The position numbers and the translations under genes were made by a program. Below the pieces are notes generated by a model. The model did not search any database, had not been told where the DNA came from, and saw nothing but the letters and a program-made list of their open reading frames with translations. This document shows, piece by piece, positions 1 through 8,987 of a stretch of DNA of 64,000 bases. The stretch's first letter is position 1. Each line of letters starts with the position of its first letter. The DNA comes from Candidatus Poriferihabitaceae bacterium (GTDB taxonomy: Bacteria > Pseudomonadota > Gammaproteobacteria > Arenicellales > Poriferihabitantaceae), in contig OZ241969.1 in the NCBI GenBank assembly GCA_965204165.1, forward strand, positions 771,461-835,460, read 5' to 3'.

Positions 1-1537
1 GGTCCGTGGTGTAGTTGAACCCGATGGACGGCAGCTTGGCGACCACGACGCTCCATACCATCCAGACCGAGAAGGCGAGCAGGAGCGCCGGTATGGAGAT
101 CCAGAGATTTCGGTTGGCGATCTGGCGGCCGTGTTCCTCCCAGAACTTCTCGTCTTCCGGCCGCCAGTCCTCGATGGCGCCGGGGCGCCATTTCCTGATG
201 ACCCCGGACAGCGCGCCCTCCTGCTTCGGTCCGTGAACCGGCTGCATCTCCGGCAACTCCGGCAGCGAATCAAGCTCCGTCGCAAGCGCGCTGCGTTCCA
301 TGATGCGGATGGAAAAGTGCATCCACAGGAGCGCGACTGTGACAATGACGAACAGGAGCGCGAAACAACTCGTCCAGATGCCGGTCAGGTCCAGCATCAC
401 GCCGAACATGATGGGCAGGATGAACCCGCCCAACCCGCCGATCATGCCGACCAGGCCGCCCACCGACCCGATGTGATCGGGATAGTAGACCGGGATGTGC
501 TTGTAGACGGCCGCCTTGCCGAGGGACATGAAGAAGCCCAGCACGAAGATCGCGATCACGAACGGCACCAGGCCCATGCTGGTGGAGAAGACTACCGGCC
601 CGTGGATGCCGTGAATGACGTAGTCGGTGTTGGGATAGGACAGCATGAACGTCAGCACGACCGAGACGCCGAAGGTCCAGTACATCACCGAGCGAGCGCC
701 GCGCTTGTCCGACAGGTGTCCGCCGTAGGCGCGGAAGATGGAGGCCGGTACCGAATAGGCGGCCGCGATCATGCCCGCCGTCTTGATGTCGAGCCCGTAC
801 ACGCCGACCAGGTAGCGGGGCAGCCACAGCGCCAGGGCAACGAAGGCGCCGAAGACGAAGAAATAGTAGAGGGCGAAGCGCCACACCTGCAGGTTGCGCA
901 GCGGCTCGAGCTCCAGCAGCGTGGAGCGGGGCTTTTCCTGTCTGGCCTTGCGCGCGGCCGTCGCCGGGTCCTCCTTGGTGAAGAAAAAGAACAGGACGGC
1001 CATGATCAGGAGGGCGACCGCGTAGACCTGAGCGGTAGACTGCCAGCCCAGCGCCACGAGCAGGAAGGGGGCGCCGAAGTTGGTCACCGCCGCGCCGACG
1101 TTGCCGACCCCGAAAATCCCGAGCGCGCTGCCCTGGCGTTCCGGCGGATACCACTTCGATACGTAGGCGATGCCGACGGCGAAGGATCCCCCGGCAAGCC
1201 CCACGCCGAGGGCGGCCAGGAGAAACATCGGGTAGGTCGTGACCGTCGACAGGAGCCAGGTGGCGATGGCCGAGGCGATCATCACCAGCGTGTACACGAG
1301 CCGGCCCCCGTACTGGTCGGTCCAGATCCCGAGGAATATCCGGCTCACGGAACCCGTCAGGACCGGGGTGGCCACGAGGAGGCCGAACTGTGTGTCGGTA
1401 AGGCCGAGGTCCTGCTTGATCCGTACGCCGATGATCGAGAAGATCGTCCAGACCGCGAAACAGAACACAAACGCGATCGTGCTCATGCCGAGCATCTGGT
1501 GCTGGTCGCGTTGGGACACCTGGGCGGGAGAATTCAT
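1..1537 (-). CDS. narK: Nitrate/nitrite MFS transporter, fused two-module NarK type; first module complete, second runs off the left edge
   Basis: My own minus-strand translation from ATG 1537, with GGAGGA a few nt upstream: MNSPAQVSQRDQHQMLGMSTIAFVFCFAVWTIFSIIGVRIKQDLGLTDTQFGLLVATPVLTGSVSRIFLGIWTDQYGGR... It shows many TM segments, then a linker (..RKWRPGAIEDWRPEDEKFWEEHGRQIANRN) and a new MFS start (LWISIPALLLAFSVWMVW). It is absent from the ORF track because it is open at the window edge. Confidence 0.85.
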   Translation of the reverse strand, partial: MNSPAQVSQRDQHQMLGMSTIAFVFCFAVWTIFSIIGVRIKQDLGLTDTQFGLLVATPVLTGSVSRIFLGIWTDQYGGRLVYTLVMIASAIATWLLSTVTTYPMFLLAALGVGLAGGSFAVGIAYVSKWYPPERQGSALGIFGVGNVGAAVTNFGAPFLLVALGWQSTAQVYAVALLIMAVLFFFFTKEDPATAARKARQEKPRSTLLELEPLRNLQVWRFALYYFFVFGAFVALALWLPRYLVGVYGLDIKTAGMIAAAYSVPASIFRAYGGHLSDKRGARSVMYWTFGVSVVLTFMLSYPNTDYVIHGIHGPVVFSTSMGLVPFVIAIFVLGFFMSLGKAAVYKHIPVYYPDHIGSVGGLVGMIGGLGGFILPIMFGVMLDLTGIWTSCFALLFVIVTVALLWMHFSIRIMERSALATELDSLPELPEMQPVHGPKQEGALSGVIRKWRPGAIEDWRPEDEKFWEEHGRQIANRNLWISIPALLLAFSVWMVWSVVVAKLPSIGFNYTTD

Positions 1538-1625
1538 TTTTTCCTCCGGAGCTGCCGCGTTGCCGGCTGAACGGTTTACAGAAGGGTGCGCACGGGTATT
1601 CGAGAGCAATTCCGGTCCGGCCGAT

Positions 1626-1639
1626 TTGATTCAGATCAA
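1626..1639. promoter_or_regulatory. FNR/CRP-family binding site TTGAT-N4-ATCAA upstream of narK
   Basis: Perfect palindrome TTGATtcagATCAA centred ~95 bp upstream of the narK ATG. The FNR consensus is TTGAT-N4-ATCAA and narK genes are classically FNR-activated. Confidence 0.55.
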
Positions 1640-2143
1640 TGTGCCTGTGATTAACTCGATGGATGGACCAATTCGGAAAAATTATCTGCCCCGCCATCCG
1701 TGACCGTCAACTAGCCTTTTTGATGACAAGGTACCCGGATCGACTGAGGGCCATCCCATTGCGGACAAGAAGGGTTTCCGCCTGACGGGGCCGTGCAGGG
1801 AGCCCCGGGCAGGTCCGGGCGGTCCGTCGCACGCACCAGCATGCCATCATTACGAACCCGAATCGGCATGCATTTTCGGTTTTTCCAGCCTGTTCCGGTC
1901 CGACCGGCCACAACGCTCGCATGGGGGTCGCGCGAAAGCCGCAGGAAGGCGTGTTGCATCATCCGTATACGCCGGGATGCGGTATCGACATCGCCGTGGA
2001 TGAGTCGAAACCGGTTGCTGACGGGGTGGTTGTCCGGTTCCGCGAGTCGGCACAATCCGTTGCCAACATTTACCTGCACACTATCATTGATAGTGTCAGC
2101 GGGCATTCACGGGTGGCGAGGTAAGCGTTGTAAAGGGTATTCG

Positions 2144-3871
2144 TCAGGGTGTTGAAAGGTATTGCTCTCCCTTCCATTCCGGCGCCTGCTGGTTATGCTT
2201 CAGCCGCATCCTCTGGAGACAGACGGCATCGAAGATGTCGACCAGGTTGTTCTGGTCGGTGATAACGCCGGGAAGGCTTGCGTTTGCCTCCTGCCAGAAT
2301 CGATTGGAAACTGCAGATTCGTCTGTCAGGTAAGCTGACTCCCACCAGTCCAGAACCCTGTCCTGGGCCGATCGTAAAAGACGGTCACTTGGCAGAAGGG
2401 CCCTTTTTTGATTCTGGTTGACCGTCCGGTGTGCCGGCATCAGGTTCCAGAGGTCGCCGCAGGGCCACACGGTCCACGGCAGGCAATGATCAACATCCAG
2501 GCTCTTTTGATTCAGAGCCCTGCCGCTCCAGACACAATACAGGTTCCTTTCGGTCGAAAGTTCAAGCGCCCGCTCACGTACCACCCTTACATCCCGAATC
2601 GGTTCTGCCCATGCCAGTGCGTCTGCCATCACCGTATCATCAACCGTGGTACCGAGCTTCGAGGCGTAGATCTTCATGAGGCGGCCCCATTCAGCCACTA
2701 TTGCCGGCTCTATCCATACGCCAAAGCGTTGCAGTGTTTGCCAGAGGTGCCTGGGAACCAGCATTTCACCAAAGCTGTACAGGTATTCCCGGTCCAGGGT
2801 GATCGCAGTTGGCCGTGACACCCTGGAAGACCTCGCTATCGGAAAGACCTGCCCGCCGTTTTGATAGGTCACGTAGTTGGCGGGCATTCTCTCGATGGTG
2901 GCGGCGGCGTCTTTCAACGCCTGGTGAAGGTCGGCGGAAAGCCCGCCCGAAAACATCGTGCCCACCCGCAGGTCGAGGTTCGATTCGTCGGCCAGTCTCC
3001 GGAAGGCTCCTTTCACGAAACCGAGGCGTTCCATCCCGATATTGGAAGGGTTTTGGGGAAGGCTTTCTGACAACAACGGCTTGAACAGCCGGATCCAGGT
3101 AAGCGCAACCAAGCCAAGAGGGACAGCGACAAAGTCGTCGTCGTGGTTTCGGGCCAGGCCGGCGGCGCCGTCTGCCATGCGGCACAACGTGCGGAGAAGC
3201 GCCAGCTTGTAGGTTGAACTCTTGTCATCATTGAGGATGACATGTCTCAGCAGGGGAAGCGCGCCGGTGCCGTCGTCGGGTAGCCGGATCGCCATCTGTA
3301 TCCACCGGATGTCACCACGGCCCTGCTGGTCCTTCGCCTCCGTGCGTCTTTCGACGAAGGCGCCATGATCGCGGGCCAGTGTCTCCACCTCTTCCGCCGA
3401 AACGGGATGGAACCCCCGGGCCCGGTCTATCGGGCCGCAGCGCAGCGTGATGGCCAGCAGGCCGCCCGGTTTCAGCAAGTTGATCAGTTTCCGGAAAGCG
3501 CGCGGCCGGTTGGCTTCCGTCACATGCATCCACACGGCACTCAGGAGAATCAGGTCGAACGACAGGCCGTGTTGCGTGACCCGGCTCAGTTCCGGCAGCT
3601 TGTCATCCATCCAACAGATACCCGGATCGGGGTGCATGGATGAGGCTGCCGTCCGCATCGACGTGGAAGGTTCAACGGCAACGACCTCATGACCCATGGA
3701 AGCCAGCCAAGCGGCATCACGACCGCTACCCGCGCCCACGTCGAGGGCAGTACCCGGATCCTGGGGAAGCAGGTTACGCAACCAGCCGTGGACAGCCGCT
3801 GAAGCCAGGGACTCATATCGCGCAGTGGCCTCTCCGGCATTGGCGTCGTACCAGGCGACCGGGTCTACCAT
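2144..3871 (-). CDS. Fusion protein: class I SAM-dependent methyltransferase (N-terminus), unassigned ~250-aa middle region, HNH nuclease motif (C-terminus)
   Basis: 575-aa ORF with ATG at 3871. MTase motif I is LDVGAGSGRDAAWLASMGHEVVAVEPS, followed by LLKPGGLLAI. The C-terminal HNH-type motif is DVDHCLPWTVWPCGDLWNLMPAHRTVNQNQKRALLP. Confidence 0.8.
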   Translation of the reverse strand: MVDPVAWYDANAGEATARYESLASAAVHGWLRNLLPQDPGTALDVGAGSGRDAAWLASMGHEVVAVEPSTSMRTAASSMHPDPGICWMDDKLPELSRVTQHGLSFDLILLSAVWMHVTEANRPRAFRKLINLLKPGGLLAITLRCGPIDRARGFHPVSAEEVETLARDHGAFVERRTEAKDQQGRGDIRWIQMAIRLPDDGTGALPLLRHVILNDDKSSTYKLALLRTLCRMADGAAGLARNHDDDFVAVPLGLVALTWIRLFKPLLSESLPQNPSNIGMERLGFVKGAFRRLADESNLDLRVGTMFSGGLSADLHQALKDAAATIERMPANYVTYQNGGQVFPIARSSRVSRPTAITLDREYLYSFGEMLVPRHLWQTLQRFGVWIEPAIVAEWGRLMKIYASKLGTTVDDTVMADALAWAEPIRDVRVVRERALELSTERNLYCVWSGRALNQKSLDVDHCLPWTVWPCGDLWNLMPAHRTVNQNQKRALLPSDRLLRSAQDRVLDWWESAYLTDESAVSNRFWQEANASLPGVITDQNNLVDIFDAVCLQRMRLKHNQQAPEWKGEQYLSTP

Positions 3872-4274
3872 TTCCGAATTGTCCTGCTGGTTGTCATTTC
3901 AGTTTATCGACAGCAGTAGTCCACCCCGGTCATCAGAAGAGTCTCGAAATGCCGCGCCAGACCTTGCCTGTCTGTGCAGCCACATCGAGGAAATTGACAT
4001 ACTAACTATTCCGATCGTCCGGCGAACATTGACTCCCGGGAGTTTACCGTTGCAGAACCATTTGTGCAGCAGAAGGGACGATGCACCGACACGGAATCAA
4101 GTATCCCGACACTCTCGGCTACACGAGGAATGGTCTAGGCTTCGGCCGTGGGGATCTCACCCAAATCGGCCGGATCGGCAATGTCTTTGAAAAGATTGAT
4201 TGGAGAAATCGTAAACGTGTGATCCTGTGGGTTCGATTCCATACGACCCGTCTTGCGGCTGAGGCGTTCACTGT

Positions 4275-4688
4275 TCAGCCACCTTGAGCGCTGTCGAGAT
4301 AGCGTCGGACCCGCATGATATCTGTCAACTCTCCGCCCAGCATGACATCGAGTGCCGATGCGCCGCCAAAGGCGTCGTTGGGTTGTTTGATCCAACTATA
4401 GGTCCGGTCCGCTTCGGTGAAGAAAATCCGAAGCGTCTTGTGAATGCCCATCAGGTTTGACAAGCGGCTTTTCAGGTCACGGGGAATACGGCCGATACCA
4501 CCGGCTTTCCATCGCGCCCAGGTTCGGGCCGACAAGCCACCAAGCAGGACCGACGCCTGCGCATTGGTCAGTCCCCACTTGCCAAGGAGATTCACGACAG
4601 CGCGGGCCATGGCTTCACTTTCCGCGTCCGAGATTTCCGGGGCGTTCGGCTGAAAGGCAGTTTTCGCAACAGGCTGCAGTTGAGGCAT
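4275..4688 (-). CDS. Xre-family antitoxin with DUF2384-like toxin-binding domain (ParS/MbcA type)
   Basis: 137-aa ORF with ATG at 4688. The C-terminal half (WIKQPNDAFGGASALDVMLGGELTDIMRVRRYLD) matches my recollection of the DUF2384 domain of antitoxins paired with RES toxins. No RES ORF follows. Confidence 0.6.
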   Translation of the reverse strand: MPQLQPVAKTAFQPNAPEISDAESEAMARAVVNLLGKWGLTNAQASVLLGGLSARTWARWKAGGIGRIPRDLKSRLSNLMGIHKTLRIFFTEADRTYSWIKQPNDAFGGASALDVMLGGELTDIMRVRRYLDSAQGG

Positions 4689-4912
4689 AGGAAGACCTAT
4701 TCATGCCATTTGGCAACATATGAACAATTCCTGGCCAACTTGCAATCTCTTGAACTGGAAGGGTGTGTTTCCGGTCAGGGAAGCCAATCCCCAGGGTGCT
4801 CGTATTTTCATCGCTGCCGTAGCGGGTCAGCGACGAGGTGGATTCAGGAAATCCTCGCAAACACCACTGTTGTCGAGGGCTGAATGTGTTGGCAGGGATT
4901 GAACGTGGAATT

Positions 4913-6427
4913 TCAGGCTGTCAGCCAGTGATCCACCTCGTTTCGGGCGGAAAACACCGCCGCGCTGTCGAAGTTGAAAGTGTTGTGGAAGTAATTTGTG
5001 CATGCTGCCTGGTGGTACTGGCTTTCGTAGTAGTCCCGGTCGGCGCAGATGTCCTTCAGCGCCGCAACCAGGGCGTCCACGTCCTCACGGGTGTTGTAGA
5101 TGCCGAAGCTCGTGCGCACCATGCCGCGCTGCAGTTCCGCCAGGGCCTCGAGCTCCTCGTTGCCAAGGCCTTCCATCTGGTCCATCAGGTCGTCGCCGAT
5201 CATCTCCCGCACATAGGGATGGGCGCAGAAGCAGGCGTTGCGTACCGCGATATTGAAGTAGTCGTTGAGGATCGCGGCGGTGAGGGAGTGGTGCATGTCA
5301 CGCACGTTGATGGATACCGCGCCGGTCCGGGGGCAGTTGCCTGTGTCAGTACGTCCGTAGACCACCACTCCGTCGATCTTCTCCATCTCGCGGACGGCGT
5401 AGCCGACCAGGTCTTCTTCCTCACTGGCGATGAAGTCCATGCCGATCCTCTTCAGCGTGTACAGCACGGTGGCCAGGGCGAGGGCACCGGCGATGTTGGG
5501 CGTGCCGGCCTCTTCGCGGTCGGGAAAGTTCTCGGTGGGGATGTACCGGTCCACGTGTACGTCGTCCACCATACCGCCGCCCACCTCTTCGGGTTCAATG
5601 CCGCTGAACAGGTCCCTGCGGGTGACCACCACCCCGGGGGAGCCCGGCGCGTAGATCTTGTGGCCGGACATGGCCACCATGTCGAGATTCCTTGCGGGAT
5701 TTTCATGCCCGTTCACCCGGATGGGGACATGGGCCGCCATCTGGGCCGCGTCCACCAGGATCAGGGCGCCGTGGCGGTGGGCCAGTTCGGCGATATCGTA
5801 GATCGGGTTGACGATCCCGGTCACGTTGGACACGCCGGTGACGGAGACATAGTTCACGCGGTCGCCGTACAGTTCGAGCGCCGCCTCGACACCCGCCACG
5901 TCCACTGCGCCGAAACCCTCTTCCGAGACCATCACGGGGATGTGCACCACCTTGCCGAAATGCTTGCGATGCGGCAGGTCGTTGGAATGGTGTTCCATGA
6001 TGGTAGTGATCACCACGTCCCGGTCCGGCCGCTTTTTCGCCATCGTGCGGGCGATGCGGTTGATGCCGCCAGTGGTGCCGCTGCCGACGAAGAAGCAGCC
6101 GTGGGTCTCGGGGTCAGCGTTGACGAAATCCAGCACCATCCGGTGCGCCCACTCGAACTCCCGCGTGGACAGCTTGGCATTGAAGTGGACGTTGGTGTGG
6201 GTGTTGGCGTAGTAGGGCAGATATTTTTCCATCACTTCCCTGACCACGCCGAGCTGCAGCGTGCTGGCGGTGCTGTCGAGATAGATTCGCCGGCTGGTCT
6301 CGCCGGATGCCAGGGAATATTCCACGTCAAGACCCGTGGTGCTCTGGCGGAGTTTTTCCAGGGCGCGGTGCCGGTCGAGTTCGTCTGCCGGACCGGCGGG
6401 GGAGACGGGCAAAGGATTTTCTGTCAT
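4913..6427 (-). CDS. Class V aminotransferase / cysteine desulfurase-like PLP enzyme
   Basis: ATG at 6427 preceded by GGAGG; the track start at 6439 is a TTG. PLP-lysine context is VAMSGHKIYAPG. It also has YANTHTNVH, GSGTTGGIN and an IMEHHSN-type core. Confidence 0.85.
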   Translation of the reverse strand: MTENPLPVSPAGPADELDRHRALEKLRQSTTGLDVEYSLASGETSRRIYLDSTASTLQLGVVREVMEKYLPYYANTHTNVHFNAKLSTREFEWAHRMVLDFVNADPETHGCFFVGSGTTGGINRIARTMAKKRPDRDVVITTIMEHHSNDLPHRKHFGKVVHIPVMVSEEGFGAVDVAGVEAALELYGDRVNYVSVTGVSNVTGIVNPIYDIAELAHRHGALILVDAAQMAAHVPIRVNGHENPARNLDMVAMSGHKIYAPGSPGVVVTRRDLFSGIEPEEVGGGMVDDVHVDRYIPTENFPDREEAGTPNIAGALALATVLYTLKRIGMDFIASEEEDLVGYAVREMEKIDGVVVYGRTDTGNCPRTGAVSINVRDMHHSLTAAILNDYFNIAVRNACFCAHPYVREMIGDDLMDQMEGLGNEELEALAELQRGMVRTSFGIYNTREDVDALVAALKDICADRDYYESQYHQAACTNYFHNTFNFDSAAVFSARNEVDHWLTA

Positions 6428-6813
6428 GGCGGCCTCCAATCGGCGTGAAGAATAATTTATTCCTATTATCGAAAGATAGTAGAAATAAATTTTATTCTAT
6501 TTTCTTAATATAGATATAATATATCCATTGGAGCAGCATTTCAAGCATGGCATTCCAGACGGTATTTCTGGCGCCCTGCTGCGCCGGGGGTGCATGCCGT
6601 CTTCGTGCCCGGCGCCGTTCCCTTCCGGAGAAACCCGGGAAGCCGGGGAACGGGACTGCAATTCGACGGACGTAACTGCTATTCTCCGATGATGGCTGCC
6701 CGGTTGCCGGCACCGGGCGGCAGACAACAGGGCCGTCCCGTGCCCCTCCGTGTCCTGATGGCGGCACCGTTGCGGCGGCGGCCATTGCCGGCAACCAGAG
6801 TCCCCAAGGTACC

Positions 6814-7098
6814 ATGTTCGATTTTCTCAAAAAACTGTCCGGCGGCAGCCGGGAGAGCGGGGAGCAGGCCGCCGAGCCGGCGACGCAATACAAGGACTAC
6901 ACCATCGTGCCGGCGCCGCGTGAGGAATCCGGCGGCTGGACCACCGAAGCCACCATCACCAAGGTGATCGACGGACAGATCCGCACCCACCGGTTCATCC
7001 GCGCGGACCGGGCCGGCAGCCGTGACGGGGCGGTGGAGCTGACGCTCAACAAGTGCCGCCAGACCATCGACCAGCTGGGAGACCGAATCTTCAATTGA
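6814..7098 (+). CDS. Small HlyU-family protein (PF10115-like, not the ArsR-type HlyU)
   Basis: 94 aa. The pattern ..YKDYTIVPAPREESGGW..THRFIRADRAGSRDGAVELTLNKCRQTIDQLGDRIFN fits the conserved HxFIR.D ... IDQ.GD.IF signature as I remember it. Confidence 0.65.
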   Translation: MFDFLKKLSGGSRESGEQAAEPATQYKDYTIVPAPREESGGWTTEATITKVIDGQIRTHRFIRADRAGSRDGAVELTLNKCRQTIDQLGDRIFN

Positions 7099-7117
7099 CC
7101 CTGCCGGCAGGGTCGGC

Positions 7118-7354
7118 CTAGCCACCAGGATCGACCGGCAGCAGGCCACCCATGCGGACGCCTTTCGGCGTGTGGCGGATACGCACCGCTAACGCCTCCA
7201 CGCCCCTTGCCATCACTTCCGACAGGGTGTCGGCGTAGTCCGGGTCGATCAAGCGAGCCGGGGAAAACACCTCACCCTCCGGACGGTTGATCGCGAACAG
7301 GATCACCCCCCGCCTACCCTCGGAAACTGCGTGTTCCAGCAGTAAATAGTCCAT
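7118..7354 (-). pseudogene. sfsA: 3' fragment (last ~75 codons) of sfsA, sugar fermentation stimulation protein A
   Basis: YLLLEHAVSEGRRGVILFAINRPEGEVFSPARLIDPDYADTLSEVMARGVEALAVRIR aligns with the E. coli SfsA C-terminus ([58 protein letters not shown]). Similarity stops at ~7355, where an AT-rich segment begins. Confidence 0.75.
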
Positions 7355-7661
7355 TTCATAGAATTCGAGCTCAATCGTGCGACTGTCTGCTGAATTGTTA
7401 TATCATGCTGAAAATAAACTGAAAAAATATTATGATTCATCTTCATAGTACAGCCATTCGCGCCTTTTCGATTCCCCCGGTTTGGTTTCACTTGGTTGCG
7501 ATATGATTACGGATGGATTACAATTCTTCCCTCGTTCAAATCCGATTTGTGTAAACGTGGGTAACCCTTCGGTCGTCGGGTGCTGGCATTGGATTTCATG
7601 TTTCACTGTATGTGCAATTTACCGATTGAGAGTCCGCTTTCAGTCCCGTCTGGGGATCTGA

Positions 7662-7673
7662 GCCATATTTTCC
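7662..7673 (+). repeat. 12-bp direct repeat GCCATATTTTCC, copy 1, 24 bp upstream of the first integrase ATG
   Basis: Exact match to 14095-14106. See the finding on the first tandem-integrase unit. Confidence 0.5.
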
Positions 7674-7697
7674 GTCAGGAGCGGTGAGCATTACAGG

Positions 7698-8918
7698 ATG
7701 ACCAAGGAAAAACCCGTCAAGCTTACCAAACGCGCCGTCGACGCGCTGCATGTTTCTTCCGGCGACACTGTCGTCTGGGACCGGGACCTACCCGGTTTCG
7801 GCATCCGGGTCTACGCCACCGGCCGCAAGGTCTGGTGCATACAGGTCCGTGGAGTGCGGAGGAAACCTCAACGAGTGACCCTCGGCTCCTTTGGTGATAT
7901 GACCCCCGAAGAAGCCAGGCGCAAGGCCACGGTCGTCATCGACCGGATCAAGCAGGGCCTGAATCCCGAGCCGCCCCCGAAGATGGAGGAGCCTACGGTG
8001 GCGGAGTTCGCCGTCCGTTATCTTGAGTCCCATGCCAGGATGAACCTCAGGCGGAACACGGTTGAGGGGATCGAGCGCGTTATCCGGCTTCATATCCTGC
8101 CGAGGCTGGGCGGCCTTCGCATTTCCGAGGTGGGCAGGACCGAGGCTGCCGATCTCCACCATGCCCTCCGCGACCGTCCCACGCTGGCCAACCGCGCGGT
8201 CATGGTGCTGTCCGGGATGCTACGGGTCGCCGAGGCCTGGGAGGTGTTGCCTTCGGGTACCAATCCATGCGGTTCGGTGAAGCAATACCGGGAGAAGGCC
8301 CGGGACCGATTTCTCTCGCCCGCCGAATACCGCAAACTGGGCAAGGTGCTTGCAAGGGCGGAAGAGGACGGGTCGGAACTTCCGTCCGTCATCGCCGCCA
8401 TCCGGCTCCTCCTGCTGACGGGATGCCGGAAGACCGAGGTCGTGACGCTGAAATGGGACGACATCGACCGGGCCACCGGGGAGATACGGCTGCGCGACGG
8501 CAAGACCGGCCTGCGGATGGTGCCGCTGACGCCCGCGGTGGAGGCGGTGCTGTCGGGGATACCCCGAAAAGCCGGCAATCCCTGGGTGATCACGGGCAGG
8601 AAGGCCGGCGCCCACCTGCAGGGCCTGGACCTGGCATGGCGAAGGCTGAGGGAGAAAGCCGGACTTGCGGACGTGCACATCCACGACCTTCGCCACTCCT
8701 ATGCGTCCCGCTCGCTGGCGCTGGGTGAGGGGCTTTCGACCATCGGGGACCTGCTCGGCCACCGGGACGTTTCGACGACGGCGCGGTACGCTCACCTGGT
8801 GAAGGATGCCGAGCGCGCCTCGGCAGCCCGTGTGGGCAACAGCATCGCCGGTTGTTTATTGCATCAGTCCGAACCGGCTGAACCCGACCCTGACAGTATT
8901 CAGGCCCGGGCCGGTTGA
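7698..8918 (+). CDS. P4-type tyrosine integrase, first of tandem pair A
   Basis: 406 aa. N-terminal arm-binding-type region is LTKRAVDAL..WDRDLPGFGIRVYATGRKVW. Catalytic region is HIHDLRHSYASRSLALGEGLSTIGDLLGHRDVSTTARYAHL. Confidence 0.9.
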   Translation: MTKEKPVKLTKRAVDALHVSSGDTVVWDRDLPGFGIRVYATGRKVWCIQVRGVRRKPQRVTLGSFGDMTPEEARRKATVVIDRIKQGLNPEPPPKMEEPTVAEFAVRYLESHARMNLRRNTVEGIERVIRLHILPRLGGLRISEVGRTEAADLHHALRDRPTLANRAVMVLSGMLRVAEAWEVLPSGTNPCGSVKQYREKARDRFLSPAEYRKLGKVLARAEEDGSELPSVIAAIRLLLLTGCRKTEVVTLKWDDIDRATGEIRLRDGKTGLRMVPLTPAVEAVLSGIPRKAGNPWVITGRKAGAHLQGLDLAWRRLREKAGLADVHIHDLRHSYASRSLALGEGLSTIGDLLGHRDVSTTARYAHLVKDAERASAARVGNSIAGCLLHQSEPAEPDPDSIQARAG

Positions 8919-8987
8919 ACCGGAAGATGAAATTGATCGATGGATCCCGGCTTGGGATTGTGGATATGTCAAATCTGAGGTCAAAAA

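Noticed and set aside
131-1697. Long ORFs 131-1570 (+, 479 aa) and 270-1697 (-, 475 aa) overlapping narK
   Set aside because: Both have Arg/Pro/Gly/His-rich, motif-free translations. The third minus frame gives a textbook MFS transporter with an RBS and ATG at 1537. These are high-GC shadow ORFs.
1707-2155. Short ORFs between narK and the MTase-HNH gene (1711-2106 -, 1793-2155 +)
   Set aside because: They have no motifs, Arg-rich tails and mutual overlap. I treat this as the narK promoter and intergenic region, which contains the FNR box.
4215-4262. Possible tRNA gene because of GGTTCGATTCC
   Set aside because: The flanking bases form at most 2 bp of a T-stem, and no acceptor, D or anticodon arms can be drawn. 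At best it is a tRNA-derived scar; see the finding on the orphan antitoxin.
4720-4750. Sigma54-like TGGCC-N-TTGCA upstream of the antitoxin gene
   Set aside because: The GG-to-GC spacing is 9 nt instead of the required 11 and the orientation relative to the gene is wrong, so it does not fit the -24/-12 consensus.
7520-7550. GTTCAAATCC T-loop-like motif in the AT-rich tract before the first integrase
   Set aside because: There is no complementary stem on either side and no cloverleaf, so it is probably coincidental.
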